Origin: Octopus bimaculoides
Lineage: Eukaryota
DNA: 64,000 nucleotides
Assembly: GCF_001194135.2 (NCBI RefSeq)
Contig: NC_069007.1
Span: forward strand, 11,792,483 to 11,856,482
Direction of reading: 5' to 3'
Part shown: piece after piece, positions 48,270-60,589 of the stretch
Numbering within the stretch: the first letter of the stretch is position 1
Layout of the letters: every line of letters begins with the position of its first letter
The notes under the pieces: generated by a model
What the model saw: only the letters and a program-made list of their open reading frames with translations
What the model was told of the DNA's origin: nothing
The model's database searches: none
Program-made: the position numbers and the translations under genes

Positions 48270-49730
48270 TCAATAAAACAGCCACCAGCCTCAGTTTCTG
48301 TCTCAACACAACATCTGTTTAAATGTGTTGATCAAGTGATCTTTATTCATGTTGGCCATAACGTCTCCAATAATAGACCTCAACTAGTCCTTGGTTTTGA
48401 AAGGCATGCTTGCTGATGTCCCCTTCCACAATGCCTTAAATGTAGTAGTCCAGGGGGTTTAAATCAGGAGAGCTAGGTCAAACGTTAGGGGTAACATGAT
48501 CAGGAAAATTTTCAGCCATCCACTCTAGCATTGTGCAGACTGTGTGAGAGAAAGCAGAGTGTTACTGAAACATATTTGGGCTCTCTGAAAAAGCTTTATA
48601 TCCAGGACTTGATAACTATCTCCATTGTTGTCTTGGAAGGATTCTGACCCCCACCTCAGGTGACTAAGAGGTGAAATGACGCATTGTTATAATACAAAGA
48701 ACTGTGAGTGATTGGCAGTTCGTGTTGGTAGCAGTTCACTGTGAGCCTTTCATATAGAGCATTGAGTCTTGTATGACAGTAATAGTAATGTGTTGCGTAT
48801 ATACTTCCTTCCCCCCTGCTTTGTTATTATATATATCCAATACAAGAATAGAAAAATTGTCTTGATGTAAACAAATATTCTTTTCTACTCTAGGTGCAAG
48901 GCCCGAAATCTTTGGGGAGGGGGCCAGTCGATTAGATCAACCTGAATTTGCAACTGGTACTTAATTTATTGACCCCTAAAGGAAGAAAGGCAAAGTTGAC
49001 CTCAACAGAATTCAAATTCAGAACGTAACCCTAACCCTAACCCTAACCCTAAAATACTGCTAAGCATGGCGTGCAAACATTTCTGCCAGCTTACCGCCTT
49101 GTAGGCTGGCATATTGACCCTAAGACCTTACTGGAAAATGTGAAGCAGTATGACATGGGCCTTATAAACCCTAAGATCATCACAGATAATGGGAACTTGG
49201 TGAGCATAGAAGTGCAGACTTCAGTGGGGCTGGTAAAGAACCATCTGCCATTCGGAGAACCAAAGTATATTGGGCTCTTCAGTTACAGTTTCCCCGGGTC
49301 TTATCAGATATGAACTGTCCTCTTCTTGTAACATAGAATTTGTGATTGACATCTTGGTGCACCACATGTCTAATCATTGACTCTACACATGGAGATGTGT
49401 AGCAATGGCCCTTATTGACTTCCTGGGGTTTTCCTTGATTATGTCCAAGACTTGCTGGTGAAAAGGCTTTTTTGACAGTCTGACCATCAGGAACATTTTA
49501 TTCATTTGGCCACAGGAAACACATTCCTGCCAGTGACTAGGAACCCTTTGTTGATCTTAAACACAAAATCCCTGGCAACATTTAAGAAATGCAGCACAGA
49601 GTGATTGTGGTTGGTGTCCAAGGCAACAAAAATGGCATCCCTTCTCATCATCTGCATTAGATTCAAGCTTCCATGTTGGGGGCTGAAAAATGAGAGGATG
49701 TTTAGTTAAAGTTTGGGGCCCTAAATTTTG
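48270..49730 (-). mobile_element. maT/Tc1-type transposase remnant split by a SINE
   Basis: N-terminal part 49170-49720 (DIIKENPRKSIRAIA..VVHQDV..RRGQF) and C-terminal part 48270-48720 (WMAENFPDHVTPNV..SSPDLNPLDY), same strand and in the correct order. Confidence 0.7.
48885..49100 (-). mobile_element. Family N SINE containing a (TAACCC)4TAA telomeric-repeat patch
   Basis: N core in reverse complement; patch at 49026-49052 replaces the GGCAGACG seen in the copy at 21056-21258. Confidence 0.85.
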
Positions 49731-49758
49731 TTCAAATAGCTGATGTGCCATCTATATA

Positions 49759-49973
49759 CAGGGTGGCGCAAAAGTTGGTTTAAAGTTATAATGTAGGCAC
49801 TTTAAATTTCTTTTAAAACATTTTACTACATTTAAATTTCTATCGTACAATTAACTAAATTAGCACAGAATAATGGTTTGATATTTTTTTATAATTAAGA
49901 TCTGAACTGTTTATTATATATGAATGCAAAAGAGATAGCTTAATAACTGTAAATCTACTTTTGGGCCACCCTG
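49759..49973. mobile_element. 215-bp Tc1/mariner-type MITE
   Basis: TIRs CAGGGTGGCGCAAAAGT / ACTTTTGGGCCACCCTG (16 of 17 match) with TA on both sides. Confidence 0.9.
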
Positions 49974-51289
49974 TATATGTGTGTGTCTATCTGTGTGTGT
50001 GTGTGTGTGTGTGTGCGTGCATGCATGTGTGTGGAAATATATGGTGAACCAAGCAGTTATGATAATTGTGTAGCTGAGCCAACCTGTTAATAAGCACTTT
50101 TAACCGTGATGAACTCCATTTAAATTCATTTGTACACCTACCTATGTGTGTGTGTGTCTGTATGCACATGGATGTATGTGTATGTATGTATGTATGTGTG
50201 TGTGTATGCACATGTGTGTATGTGAGTGAAAGTGTATGTGTGTGTATGCACATATGTGTGTGTGTATGCAGCTATGTGTGTGTATGCCTGTGCACATGTG
50301 TGTCTATGCACATGTGTGTATGCATGTTGTGTGTGAGTGTATATGCACATGTGTGTGTATGTGTGTTTGTGTTTGTATGCATGTTGTGTGTGTGCATGTA
50401 TGTATGCACATATGTGTGTGTATACACATATATATATGTGTGTGATGTAAGTGAAGACAAGACAGATAAACAGTAGTCAGTACCAAAAAGAATATGTTAT
50501 TTATGAATGTTAGTCTGACGATTGGAAATATGAAATTTTAATAACCAGGTGTGAGATGTCACCTGTTGCAATCACATATCCGGCAGGTTGGTGGGTGGGG
50601 CAGGTTTATGTCTTGCTGATTTAAATCTACAAAGAATGTAAGCATGGCTGAAAAAAAAAGCCAAATGGCTGTTTCCAGCAGACAATGTTTTCCGGTTCCA
50701 AGTTAAACTGAAGCACAGCTGCCATCTTTACTGTTGGAAATTCAGTGAACCAAAGATTAGTTTGTTATAAACCATTCAATCAGTGGCACTGTTTTTAACC
50801 ATTTCTAATATATAATAAATACAATAAATAAAAAGATCAATAAACAATACTCTCTCGGTGATTGATTTTCCTATTATCATACAAGTGGTTGCCATTCCAT
50901 TTTCTAAAATTAGATTGTATAAATAGTTTCTTTACCACAACTCTATTGTATTTATTTACATAATTTTAAAAATAAATGGATTAACAGCAGCAACAACAAC
51001 AATGATTGAAAAAAAAAACTAAATTTAATTGTGTTGCATAAATAATTCAGATAAATTTACAGATCAATTAATAATTCAAGTAAATTTACAGAGTGCGTTC
51101 TAATTAATAACGACAAATTCCGTAAATTTTACAATTAATTCTGTCCAACTGAATGAATGAAATAACACAATTAGCAATCAATAATATGTGTATAAATATA
51201 TAGATATATAGATATAGATATATAGATATGTAAAGTAGATATATATGTGGGTGTGTTTATATATGTATGCGTTTATTTGTATGTTGATT

Positions 51290-51325
<36 letters not shown>

Positions 51326-51619
51326 TATGTACATACACATGTACACATACATGCACACACAGATACACACGCACATATATATACAGTAATAAGGAAGTGT
51401 GATGTCAAAACATCTTGGTACAAGCAGCTAGTTAGCATGAAGTGTATATACAGTTTGTATAGATGACAAATAGCAGATGATACTTGATCAACAAAGTTTG
51501 TTAACCAACTTGTTATACATCATCTCCCTTACCAGATTTGATGAGATTTTGATAAGATGGCTGCAACAATGCAACTCATGATTTATCGACAAAGATTGGT
51601 AATTATGTGACTATAAATA

Positions 51620-51800
51620 GTGCAGGGAATGGAGAAGGTAATCCATGCAACATATGTTTCTGAGAAAAACTAAATATGTGTTAAGTAACTTAAAGATGTA
51701 ACATAAATTCAGAAATGTCAAGCTTTAAGTTATATAAAACATGTTCAACTTACCTTGGAAACATATGTAGTATGGAGTTACCTCCTCCATTCCCTACACC
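51620..51800. repeat. Fold-back (MITE-like) inverted repeat
   Basis: Arms 51620-51664 and 51754-51799, roughly 80-85% complementary; inner 10-bp IR TAACTTAAAG/CTTTAAGTTA; TA near both ends. Confidence 0.75.
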
Positions 51801-53298
51801 TAACAATATATATATGTATGTATATATATATATATATATATGCATATATACATATGCATACACACACATGCATATGCAGTATAAAGAAATGGAGCAGATC
51901 TAATCTGCTGACTGTGTGATGTCCAGTAAAATATGGTGCGCAATAAAATTTCATAAGATAAGAAGCTGTCAAAGACCAAAGACTTTGTATTTAGCAGATG
52001 CTCTGGAACAGTTAGCACCATGAGCATCCATGAAGTAAATGCATTCTAATGTTGAAAAGGTTGCCAAGACATGGTTGATAGCTGCTGTAACCTAGGTGAG
52101 CTAATTAGCTGTGAAACCTTTGTAGGTAGAGTAAGAATAGTCTGGAAATGCTGTAACAAAGATTGATCTTTCAAAAGTAATAAAGATTAAATTTTTATAA
52201 AATATGAATAATTACGCTCCTAGTCTTTTACTGGTTGCAGTCATTGTGTTGCTGCAATATTGGGTCACTGCATTCAAATATTTTTAGTTCATATTTCAGA
52301 AAGATATTTTAGTTCATATTTCAGGCCATATTTTATTGGCCCATGTTTGTTGCTTGGCATGAGTGAGTGACAAAAGAGGAGATTTATGGACACATTCCAC
52401 TGAAGTTTGTTATTTTGGCTTAATGCAGAGTAAGATCTGCTGGACATTGCTCTTGTGCCGAACAAGAGGCCACATACGATGCTATATTTTGAAGGCCACT
52501 CAGCTCCATTGATATCATTTGAGAGAGGAAAATAACATGATACCGAGGACCTACAAAAGGTAATGAGTGGGGCTAAGAGATTACTGGTACAGCTTAGTGA
52601 AACATATCTCACTTGCAACCCCTTCAAGAATGTTTATTGAATGACAGGCTTCTCATAAAAGGATGCAACTGCAAACCCTATTTTTCAGAAGAATACAGTC
52701 AGTCACACATTTGCCCCTGCACGAGCATGCACACACACGCACACACACACACACACAAAATTCCTTCACAAGGAATAGCTGTACCCAGAATTAAGCTCAT
52801 AAATCCAAACTCACTCATCTCCTCATGAAACTTAAGTAGCAATTGTCTGTGATTAATCCTTTGTAAATACCAGTTCTGAGCTTTCACACAGCATTGCATT
52901 CTCTCTCTAATTATTAACTTATTCACTCAGTCATATTTACATATTACTCAACATACATACAAACACACCTACATGCATACATACATTTTCGGTGTTCTGT
53001 TGGGTGAGGGATGAGAAGGCTAAGAGGGTGTCTGCGTCTTCTCAGGACCCATGCAGTCCCCTAAAATAAATAGTGAAAATATGGTACAGTCTACCTCAGC
53101 TGATTCGCATGTGAATGATGTCTGTTCTTATAAGTACTAATGTCAGTTTGATTGATGAGACTTATAATCATAGATGTTCCAGCTATGATCATCAAGTCTT
53201 TTCTTTGTGAAGACTTAGCTGCTATTTCTAATAACTCAAGTAACCATGTAGTCAGAGCCTTTGGTTCTATCTAGTTATATCGCAGGAGAAGGGACTGC

Positions 53299-53335
<37 letters not shown>

Positions 53336-53359
53336 GCTGCTGCTGTTGTTGTTGTTGAT

Positions 53360-53555
53360 GTTGTTAAGTCAAGGTCAGCTCTGATTGAACTGCCTTATGA
53401 TCAAAAGCAATCCAGGCTTGACCATCCCATCTATTTTTCTACAAAGATGGAACCCAGAACTTCATTGCACAATGTGTCTCTTCCTAAGAAGATAGGGTAT
53501 GAATTGAGGGGTATTCGGTTGCTATTTCCAGCAAACTGTCTGAATAGATGACAGA
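53360..53555. repeat. Old interspersed repeat family U ((GTT)n-associated); other copies near 37100, 53130, 54320, 57755, 57925, 61590
   Basis: Shared motifs GTT(T)AA....GGTCAGCTCTGATTGA.C and GATTT.GCTGCTATTTCTAGCA. Confidence 0.6.
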
Positions 53556-53941
53556 TTTAGAGACAGACAGACACTAAAATAAAGAGAGAGAGAGAAGATT
53601 GTTGAGTGCATTTACTATAGAGGTGTGTGCAACTGCAGGTATTTTATGCATCTGGAGGAGATAGGAGAGGAAGGGGAGAAACAGTGGTGTAAGAGGGAGG
53701 GGGAAAGAGAAAGACGTGGTGGGAGAGAGGGAAATGTGTAGGAGAGGAGGAGGAGGAGAGCAGAAAGACGGAGAGGAAGGGAAAGAGGTAGAGAGAGGAG
53801 AGAATTCAGCAGTTCAAAATGGTAAAATGACTGAATTGAATTTCCTGAGTAGGGTTGCTGCGTGGGTGGATGTGTGGGTAGTAACCTGAGGTGTGATGGG
53901 TGAGAAATGTACTGATTTAAACTTTAACACCCACAACTCAC

Positions 53942-54188
53942 CCCCACCCCCCCATCACATCTCCACCNNNNNNNNNNNNNNNNNNNNNNNNNNNNNNNNN
54001 NNNNNNNNNNNNNNNNNNNNNNNNNNNNNNNNNNNNNNNNNNNNNNNNNNNNNNNNNNNNNNNNCGCCACCACCATCCCCTTCGCAGATCCGTTGTCGAT
54101 CGTCGAAGAAGAAATCGAAGAAGAAGCGGCATCTGTGGTGGATGCATTTTGTGGATTAATGGAAAGGCTGATAATTGTCTTCAGAGAA
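53942..54188 (-). CDS. Candidate Ser/Thr-rich exon spanning a 96-N gap
   Basis: About 110 nt AG-free C/T-rich tract ending CCACCCCAG|; single open frame SLKTIISLSINPQNASTTDAASSSISSSTIDNGSAKGMVVA into the gap; GGG|GTGAGT donor after the gap; CpG-rich. Confidence 0.3.
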
Positions 54189-55229
54189 CTGGGGTGGATA
54201 TTGGAGATGGTACGAATAGAGGGTAGACGGTTGTGAGGACGGTGGAGAGTAAAGTGGGAGGATGGAGGCAGAGGGATTAAGAAATGTTTATTTCAGTGTC
54301 TCTGTCTGTCTGTCTGTCATCTATTCAGACAGTCTGCTGGAAATAGCAACCAAATACCCCTCAAATCATACCTAGTCTCAGATTAGCCTCACTCAGACAT
54401 GTGCTCAATGTCAACCCAAATATGACCTTCCTGTCGTCGTCCTCAGTGCAGGTGGCCCAGGTCTGCATTATTCAATGCGTCTTCTCTTTAAGACCATTGG
54501 ATGTGATTCAAGGAAGATTCGGCTGCTGTTTCTTGTATGTCAAATAACCTCTGCAACAACCACCTCCACTTTTACAACCATCACATTAACCACTCCTACT
54601 ACCACCTCCACTACAACATCCTCATTCAACCAAATACTAACAGTAAATGCTTTAATAGTGATAAATGAATGACTATTTGATAAGAAAGAACATAAGTTTT
54701 ATCGTGTGTTGGGAGGGTCATCATGCCAATAATAACACATTCACAGGTTCAATTCCATTTTAGTCAATTGGTTACATACTGAACCAACTAATTAATCAAT
54801 CGTTTGTTTAACACAGTGTTTCTTAACCTATTCCACCCACCCCTGGGCCCCACTGTAACTTTCCAGAAAAATATATGCCCCACTGGCGATAAGAAAAAAA
54901 TAACTTTATTTTTAATGTATAATCACAATTATTTAATACAAAGGAACTTACCACTGATTCTTTTATTAAGTACTGAGTACAAAAAAAGTACATTAAAGTT
55001 CTATATTTAAGAGATGAAGAATTAAAAAGTGCATAGTGATTAAGGGGAAGGGACCACTTTAATAAGAACCTTGTGCTTGGTGACAATGGAAGATTTCTTT
55101 GATTCGAGGAGACACTTTTGTTAGCTTCAGCCATAGCATTAGAATAGTGTTATCTTGTAGCAGACAGGTCTTCACACAGTATACTTGGCTGGAGGGATAG
55201 GTTTGGTTGGGCTGGGTAAAGGTGTAGTG

Positions 55230-55620
55230 CAGTGGTTCTCAACATGAGTCCTTAGGGGTCCATATAAGATTCTGTTGTTAAAATTTGTGTGAAATAAACT
55301 GGTTTATACGTCTACAGTACACAAAATATTTTAATTAGTTTTTACACAATTCTTAATGATATTTAATTATAAAAATACAATAAGATTTTTTAAATATCAA
55401 ATGGCTATGAACATGAATATGCAAAATATGTACATGCAAACATACACATGTGCATGCATGTATGCATGCACACACACACATACATGCATGCACACACATA
55501 TGCATACATACATATGTGTATGTGGACACACACTGACCCAAACACGTGCACAAACAAACAAAAACAATGTAGCTCGGATAACGAACAGAGTCAATGACTA
55601 TTGAAAAGGTTGCAAGACAC
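55230..55620. mobile_element. Possible hAT-type MITE remnants (also 54815-55020)
   Basis: CAGTGGTTCTCAAC and CAGTGTTTCTTAACC starts are typical hAT TIR words; the matching right TIR is badly decayed. Confidence 0.35.
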
Positions 55621-55817
55621 AACGAAAATTTTAGAAAAAAAATCATAAGTAAATGAGTGGAAACTTAACTGGTGTGTGTGTGTTAAATAATAAGGCACTA
55701 AAAGAGAATTACTCTCTCCAGATACAACAAAATATGCTTCAACACACAAACTCACATAAAGAATCTAGCAACCAAATCCAAAAACAATACATATATTATA
55801 TATATGTAAGCAAAAAT

Positions 55818-56402
55818 GCTAGTTCTAAAATTTCTCTAAGAGATCAGCACAGTAGTTGTACTAACAAGTAATGCTCGTAGCCACTTCAACATGGCTGCCC
55901 ATTTGAACAGACTTTGCTGCGATTTTTTAACCCCAAGAGGACATCTCCTTTAGCTGGTTAACAATGCACAGCTGCATCTGCGATATTGCAAGCAGGGGAG
56001 CAAACCCCCACCACCTTTTAGCAACAGGACTATGAGACCAGCTTGGTCTGGGGCTATTTCTGCCTCTTCAGTACTGGACACCTCATCTGCTAGAGATGAC
56101 AGTAGCTCGCTTGTGCTCACAATATATATAATTTCAAGCGACACACAGTCCCTGATTCTGCAACAAGCAAAGAAGCTAGTTCTAAAATCTCTCTAAGAGA
56201 TCAACGCAGTAGTTGTACTAACAAGTAATGTTCGTAGCCACTTCAACATGGCTGGTCCTGTCGCTAGACAGGAGTAGGGGGTTATTCTCCTGCTCGCAAT
56301 ATCTCAGATGCAACTGTGCATCATTAACCAGCTTGAGATGTTCTCTTGGGGTTAAAAAATCGCAGTAAAGTCCATTTGAACGGACAGCCATGTTGAAGTG
56401 GC
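55818..56402. repeat. Two adjacent copies of one GC-richer repeat, the second with an internal inversion
   Basis: Direct repeat 55818-55897 and 56175-56254; 56255-56402 is the reverse complement of about 55880-56030. Confidence 0.9.
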
Positions 56403-57417
56403 CATGACTATTACTTATATAAATCTATCTATATATATGTATGTATATATATATATATATATATATATNNNNNNNNNNNNNNNNNNNNNNNNNNNNNNNN
56501 NNNNNNNNNNNNNNNNNNNNNNNNNNNNNNNNNNNNNNNNNNNNNNNNNNNNNNNNNNNNNNNNNNNNNNNNNNNNNNNNNNNNNNNNNNNNNNNNNNNN
56601 NNNNNNNNNNNNNNNNNNNNNNNNNNNNNNNNNNNNNNNNNNNNNNNNNNNNNNNNNNNNNNNNNNNNNNNNNNNNNNNNNNNNNNNNNNNNNNNNNNNN
56701 NNNNNNNNNNNNNNNNNNNNNNNNNNNNNNNNNNNNNNNNNNNNNNNNNNNNNNNNNNNNNNNNNNNNNNNNNNNNNNNNNNNNNNNNNNNNNNNNNNNN
56801 NNNNNNNNNNNNNNNNNNNNNNNNNNNNNNNNNNNNNNNNNNNNNNNNNNNNNNNNNNNNNNNNNNNNNNNNNNNNNNNNNNNNNNNNNNNNNNNNNNNN
56901 NNNNNNNNNNNNNNNNNNNNNNNNNNNNNNNNNNNNNNNNNNNNNNNNNNNNNNNNNNNNNNNNNNNNNNNNNNNNNNNNNNNNNNNNNNNNNNNNNNNN
57001 NNNNNNNNNNNNNNNNNNNNNNNNNNNNNNNNNNNNNNNNNNNNNNNNNNNNNNNNNNNNNNNNNNNNNNNNNNNNNNNNNNNNNNNNNNNNNNNNNNNN
57101 NNNNNNNNNNNNNNNNNNNNNNNNNNNNNNNNNNNNNNNNNNNNNNNNNNNNNNNNNNNNNNNNNNNNNNNNNNNNNNNNNNNNNNNNNNNNNNNNNNNN
57201 NNNNNNNNNNNNNNNNNNNNNNNNNNNNNNNNNNNNNNNNNNNNNNNNNNNNNNNNNNNNNNNNNNNNNNNNNNNNNNNNNNNNNNNNNNNNNNNNNNNN
57301 NNNNNNNNNNNNNNNNNNNNNNNNNNNNNNNNNNNNNNNNNNNNNNNGGGGGGGGAGACGAAGGAGACAGGGAAGCGGTAGAAAAAAGAAAGTGGAAGAG
57401 AAATAGACAGAGAGAAC

Positions 57418-57458
<41 letters not shown>

Positions 57459-58292
57459 GGACTGGCAGAGCACCAAGGAGGAAGTAAGTTGTTTGAGGTT
57501 TTCATGAAGAACACGTAATGTCTAGAATATTCTTTGTGAACAGAATGGTTAAGTGGTATGTGAGGGAATGGTTGACTGTGTGACTGTGGGGAGAACACCA
57601 GTTCCATCACGGAGTCGGAAATGGTTCTACAGGGTGGATTAATCAATTGGCATTAATCAAGATTATCATTGATCTTACATTCGTGGTAATGGCGGTGGTG
57701 GAGGCAGTTGTCAATGTCATAATCATCATTGTCGTTATCATTATTGTTGTTGTTTTTGTTTAACCCTGAATCAACAGTGGTCAAACAGATCAGATCCAGC
57801 CATGACCATTCTGTCTGGACAGAAAATATAGAGACACATTATTCACTGTTTTAATTTCTTAAAACAGTAGCATGTAATTTGATAGAGATTTAGCTGCTAC
57901 CTCCAGTGAGTGGAGTGACCACTTTGTTGTTTAACCCTAGGTACAGTCTTCACTGAGCAGATCTATGATCTGAGGGATTCAATTTAGAACCACCCTGTTC
58001 TATTTTTTTTCTAAGGGGCAAGTTCCAGGGCAACATAAGTTCATCTAATATGCTTTTCATTTTTCAAGATGTTTGAGTGTAATTTAAGAGAGATTTAGTT
58101 GCTATTTCTAGCAGGTGAAAAACTACACGTGTGTGCATGTACAAATACATACACGCGCACACACAGAGTATAGTTGAAAGTGCTGTTTATCCATGTTCTA
58201 GTGTTGAAATCGGTAGAACTTTACTCCTATGGAGCAAGTTATAATACAGTTAACTATAGACATAACATATATGTATATATACATATAATAGC

Positions 58293-58320
58293 CTAGCTGA
58301 GTGTCCTGTCATTGCCAGTT
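58293..58320 (-). mobile_element. Possible Helitron 3' terminus (decayed hairpin + CTAG)
   Basis: Minus strand CTGGCAATGACAGG-ACACTCAG-CTAG resembles a CpG-decayed terminal hairpin about 8 nt before CTAG. Confidence 0.35.
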
Positions 58321-58974
58321 AATTTTCACAATAGAATGCCTTGGCAGACTTTCTGAATAGCACATCCACATATGTTGGATTTTCTCTATTTTGACAGGGA
58401 TTTTTCAAATTTTTTCTTTTTCACCAGACCTCTGCAAATGATGGGGAGAAGCTTTCTGAAAATTTATGAATGTCCTACCCACCCCACTTCCAGATCGATT
58501 TCGTCCATTTTTTTTTTCCTGCACTACACACTTAAAAACAATGGAAAATTCCTTTTCAGTAGAAAAAAAAAATCTTCCAAAATTTATGAATATTTTCAGA
58601 CCATCTTCCCCAACTCAGTACCGATTTGGGTCAAAGGTTTTTTTTTTTTTTTCCACATTATGCATTTAAAACAATGGGAGAAGCCTTGAAGGTTAAATAA
58701 AATATAAATTTTGGAAATCTCCAATCGCCATTACAATCCCCACATCCTTTATTTTCATCACAAAATGAAATGCAATTTAAAAACANNNNNNNNNNNNNNN
58801 NNNNNNNNNNNNNNNNNNNNNNNNNNNNNNNNNNNNNNNNNNNNNNNNNNNNNNNNNNNNNNNNNNNNNNNNNNNNNNNNNNNNNNNNNNNNNNNNNNNN
58901 NNNNNNNNNNNNNNNNNNNNNNNNNNNNNNNNNNNNNNNNNNNNNNNNNNNNNNNNNNNNNNNNNNNNNNNNNN

Positions 58975-59053
<79 letters not shown>

Positions 59054-60589
59054 TCTTTTCTGTTGCTGTCACAAATTTTGGAGTTTTAAAATTAAGTGAA
59101 AATTTTCCAATTTGGTATATTGGTGTACTTTTTCATGCTGAATCTGAGTTTGTGATTTATTTATTCCAGAGAAATTTTGGAAAAATATTACAGAGTTTTA
59201 AAGTTTGATTATTTTTACCCAATCAGAAAACAGGATGTCTAATTAACAGCTGTCATAAAATGAAAGTAAACATTAGAAGACAAGGTTTTAAACAAAATGA
59301 AAGCAATGCATGGGAGATAATACATGTACAAAGAGAGTGAACATCAGAGAGTATAGGAAATATATACAGAGATGGATTGATGGTAATAGATACAGAGTGG
59401 GAGATTTGTTAATCTAGAACTTGAGTTATTTCTTGGAGCAAGTTCTATTTTTTTTGCTATTTATTTATGGATGACATTCTGGTTTGGATGCAGAATCTGA
59501 AAATCATTTTTCTTCAAGATGCACCATTTCAGAGCCTTTCTGGATTAAATACACGTACACTTGCATTTGTATAATAGATGTGTGTGTGTGTTTGTCTTTG
59601 TGTGTTTGTCCCTGACAACCGGTGTTGGAGTCTTTACATCCCCATAACTTAGCAGTAAAGAAGCCTATTATATATGTATAAATGAGTAACAAAGATGTAT
59701 AAGTGTCAATTCATTATAACCATTTTGAGCAACTCCTTTAATTGATCAATGAAAATATTACATCATTACAAAGAAAACCATTCTTATAAGATGACCACAT
59801 AGACTTCAAGCATAAAGGACAGGTTATATATTTAAACATTTTCATTTCATCAATAAAGAATATTCACAATTTTCACAGTGATTCCACTGGAAAGTATCTT
59901 TATATGAAGTACATGGCTGAATGAACAAGAGTGGATTTATTCACTAAGTTGGATCGTAACATCTGCATGAATATCATAAATTCTATGTAGAGTTTGATAC
60001 TCACCCAATATTGTCTGTGTGTGCAAATTAGTTTGTCCTAACAAGGTGCCTTAATTTAAGTACCTAATTCAACTGAACTTAAATTACATTTTTATATATG
60101 TATATATATATATATATACACAGATACAAATATTCTATAATCATAAACATAATTATAATCAGGGGCCAGCTAATTGCTTCACCATGCACTGAATTTAGAA
60201 ATAGGCATCAAAATGCCTTTTCTGCTACAATAAAGATCTCCCAGACAGTAACACTTTTTTACGTAGGCAAAAAGAAAAAAGTAACAAGTCCACACGACTC
60301 AGATTAGCTATATATGTGTTTCGAGATTGGCAGAAAAGGAAGTTTACCTCCTATTTCTAAATTCGGTGTGTGTTGAAGCAATTAGCTGACTCCTGATTAT
60401 AATTATGTTTATAATTATAAAATATTTGTATAATTTTACCTAAAAAGGTTATTTTGACATACCAAACTACTTGGTAAAATTATTAATTATTAATTAATTA
60501 ATTTTACCCTTTTATTATTATTGAAATATATATACATATATATACGTATGCATGTATATATGTACGCATGCATGAATATTTGTATGTAT

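Noticed and set aside
51754-51799. 46-nt minus-strand mini-exon with AAG|GTAAGT donor
   Set aside because: The sequence is one arm of the fold-back repeat, and its acceptor lies in an (AT)n tract.
3831-59208. Long ORFs in the track (e.g. 7435-8172, 19562-20650, 28845-30152, 33187-34193, 56398-57646)
   Set aside because: They are open only because they run through N gaps and (AT)n/(CA)n/(ACC)n microsatellites (YIYI, THTH, poly-X).
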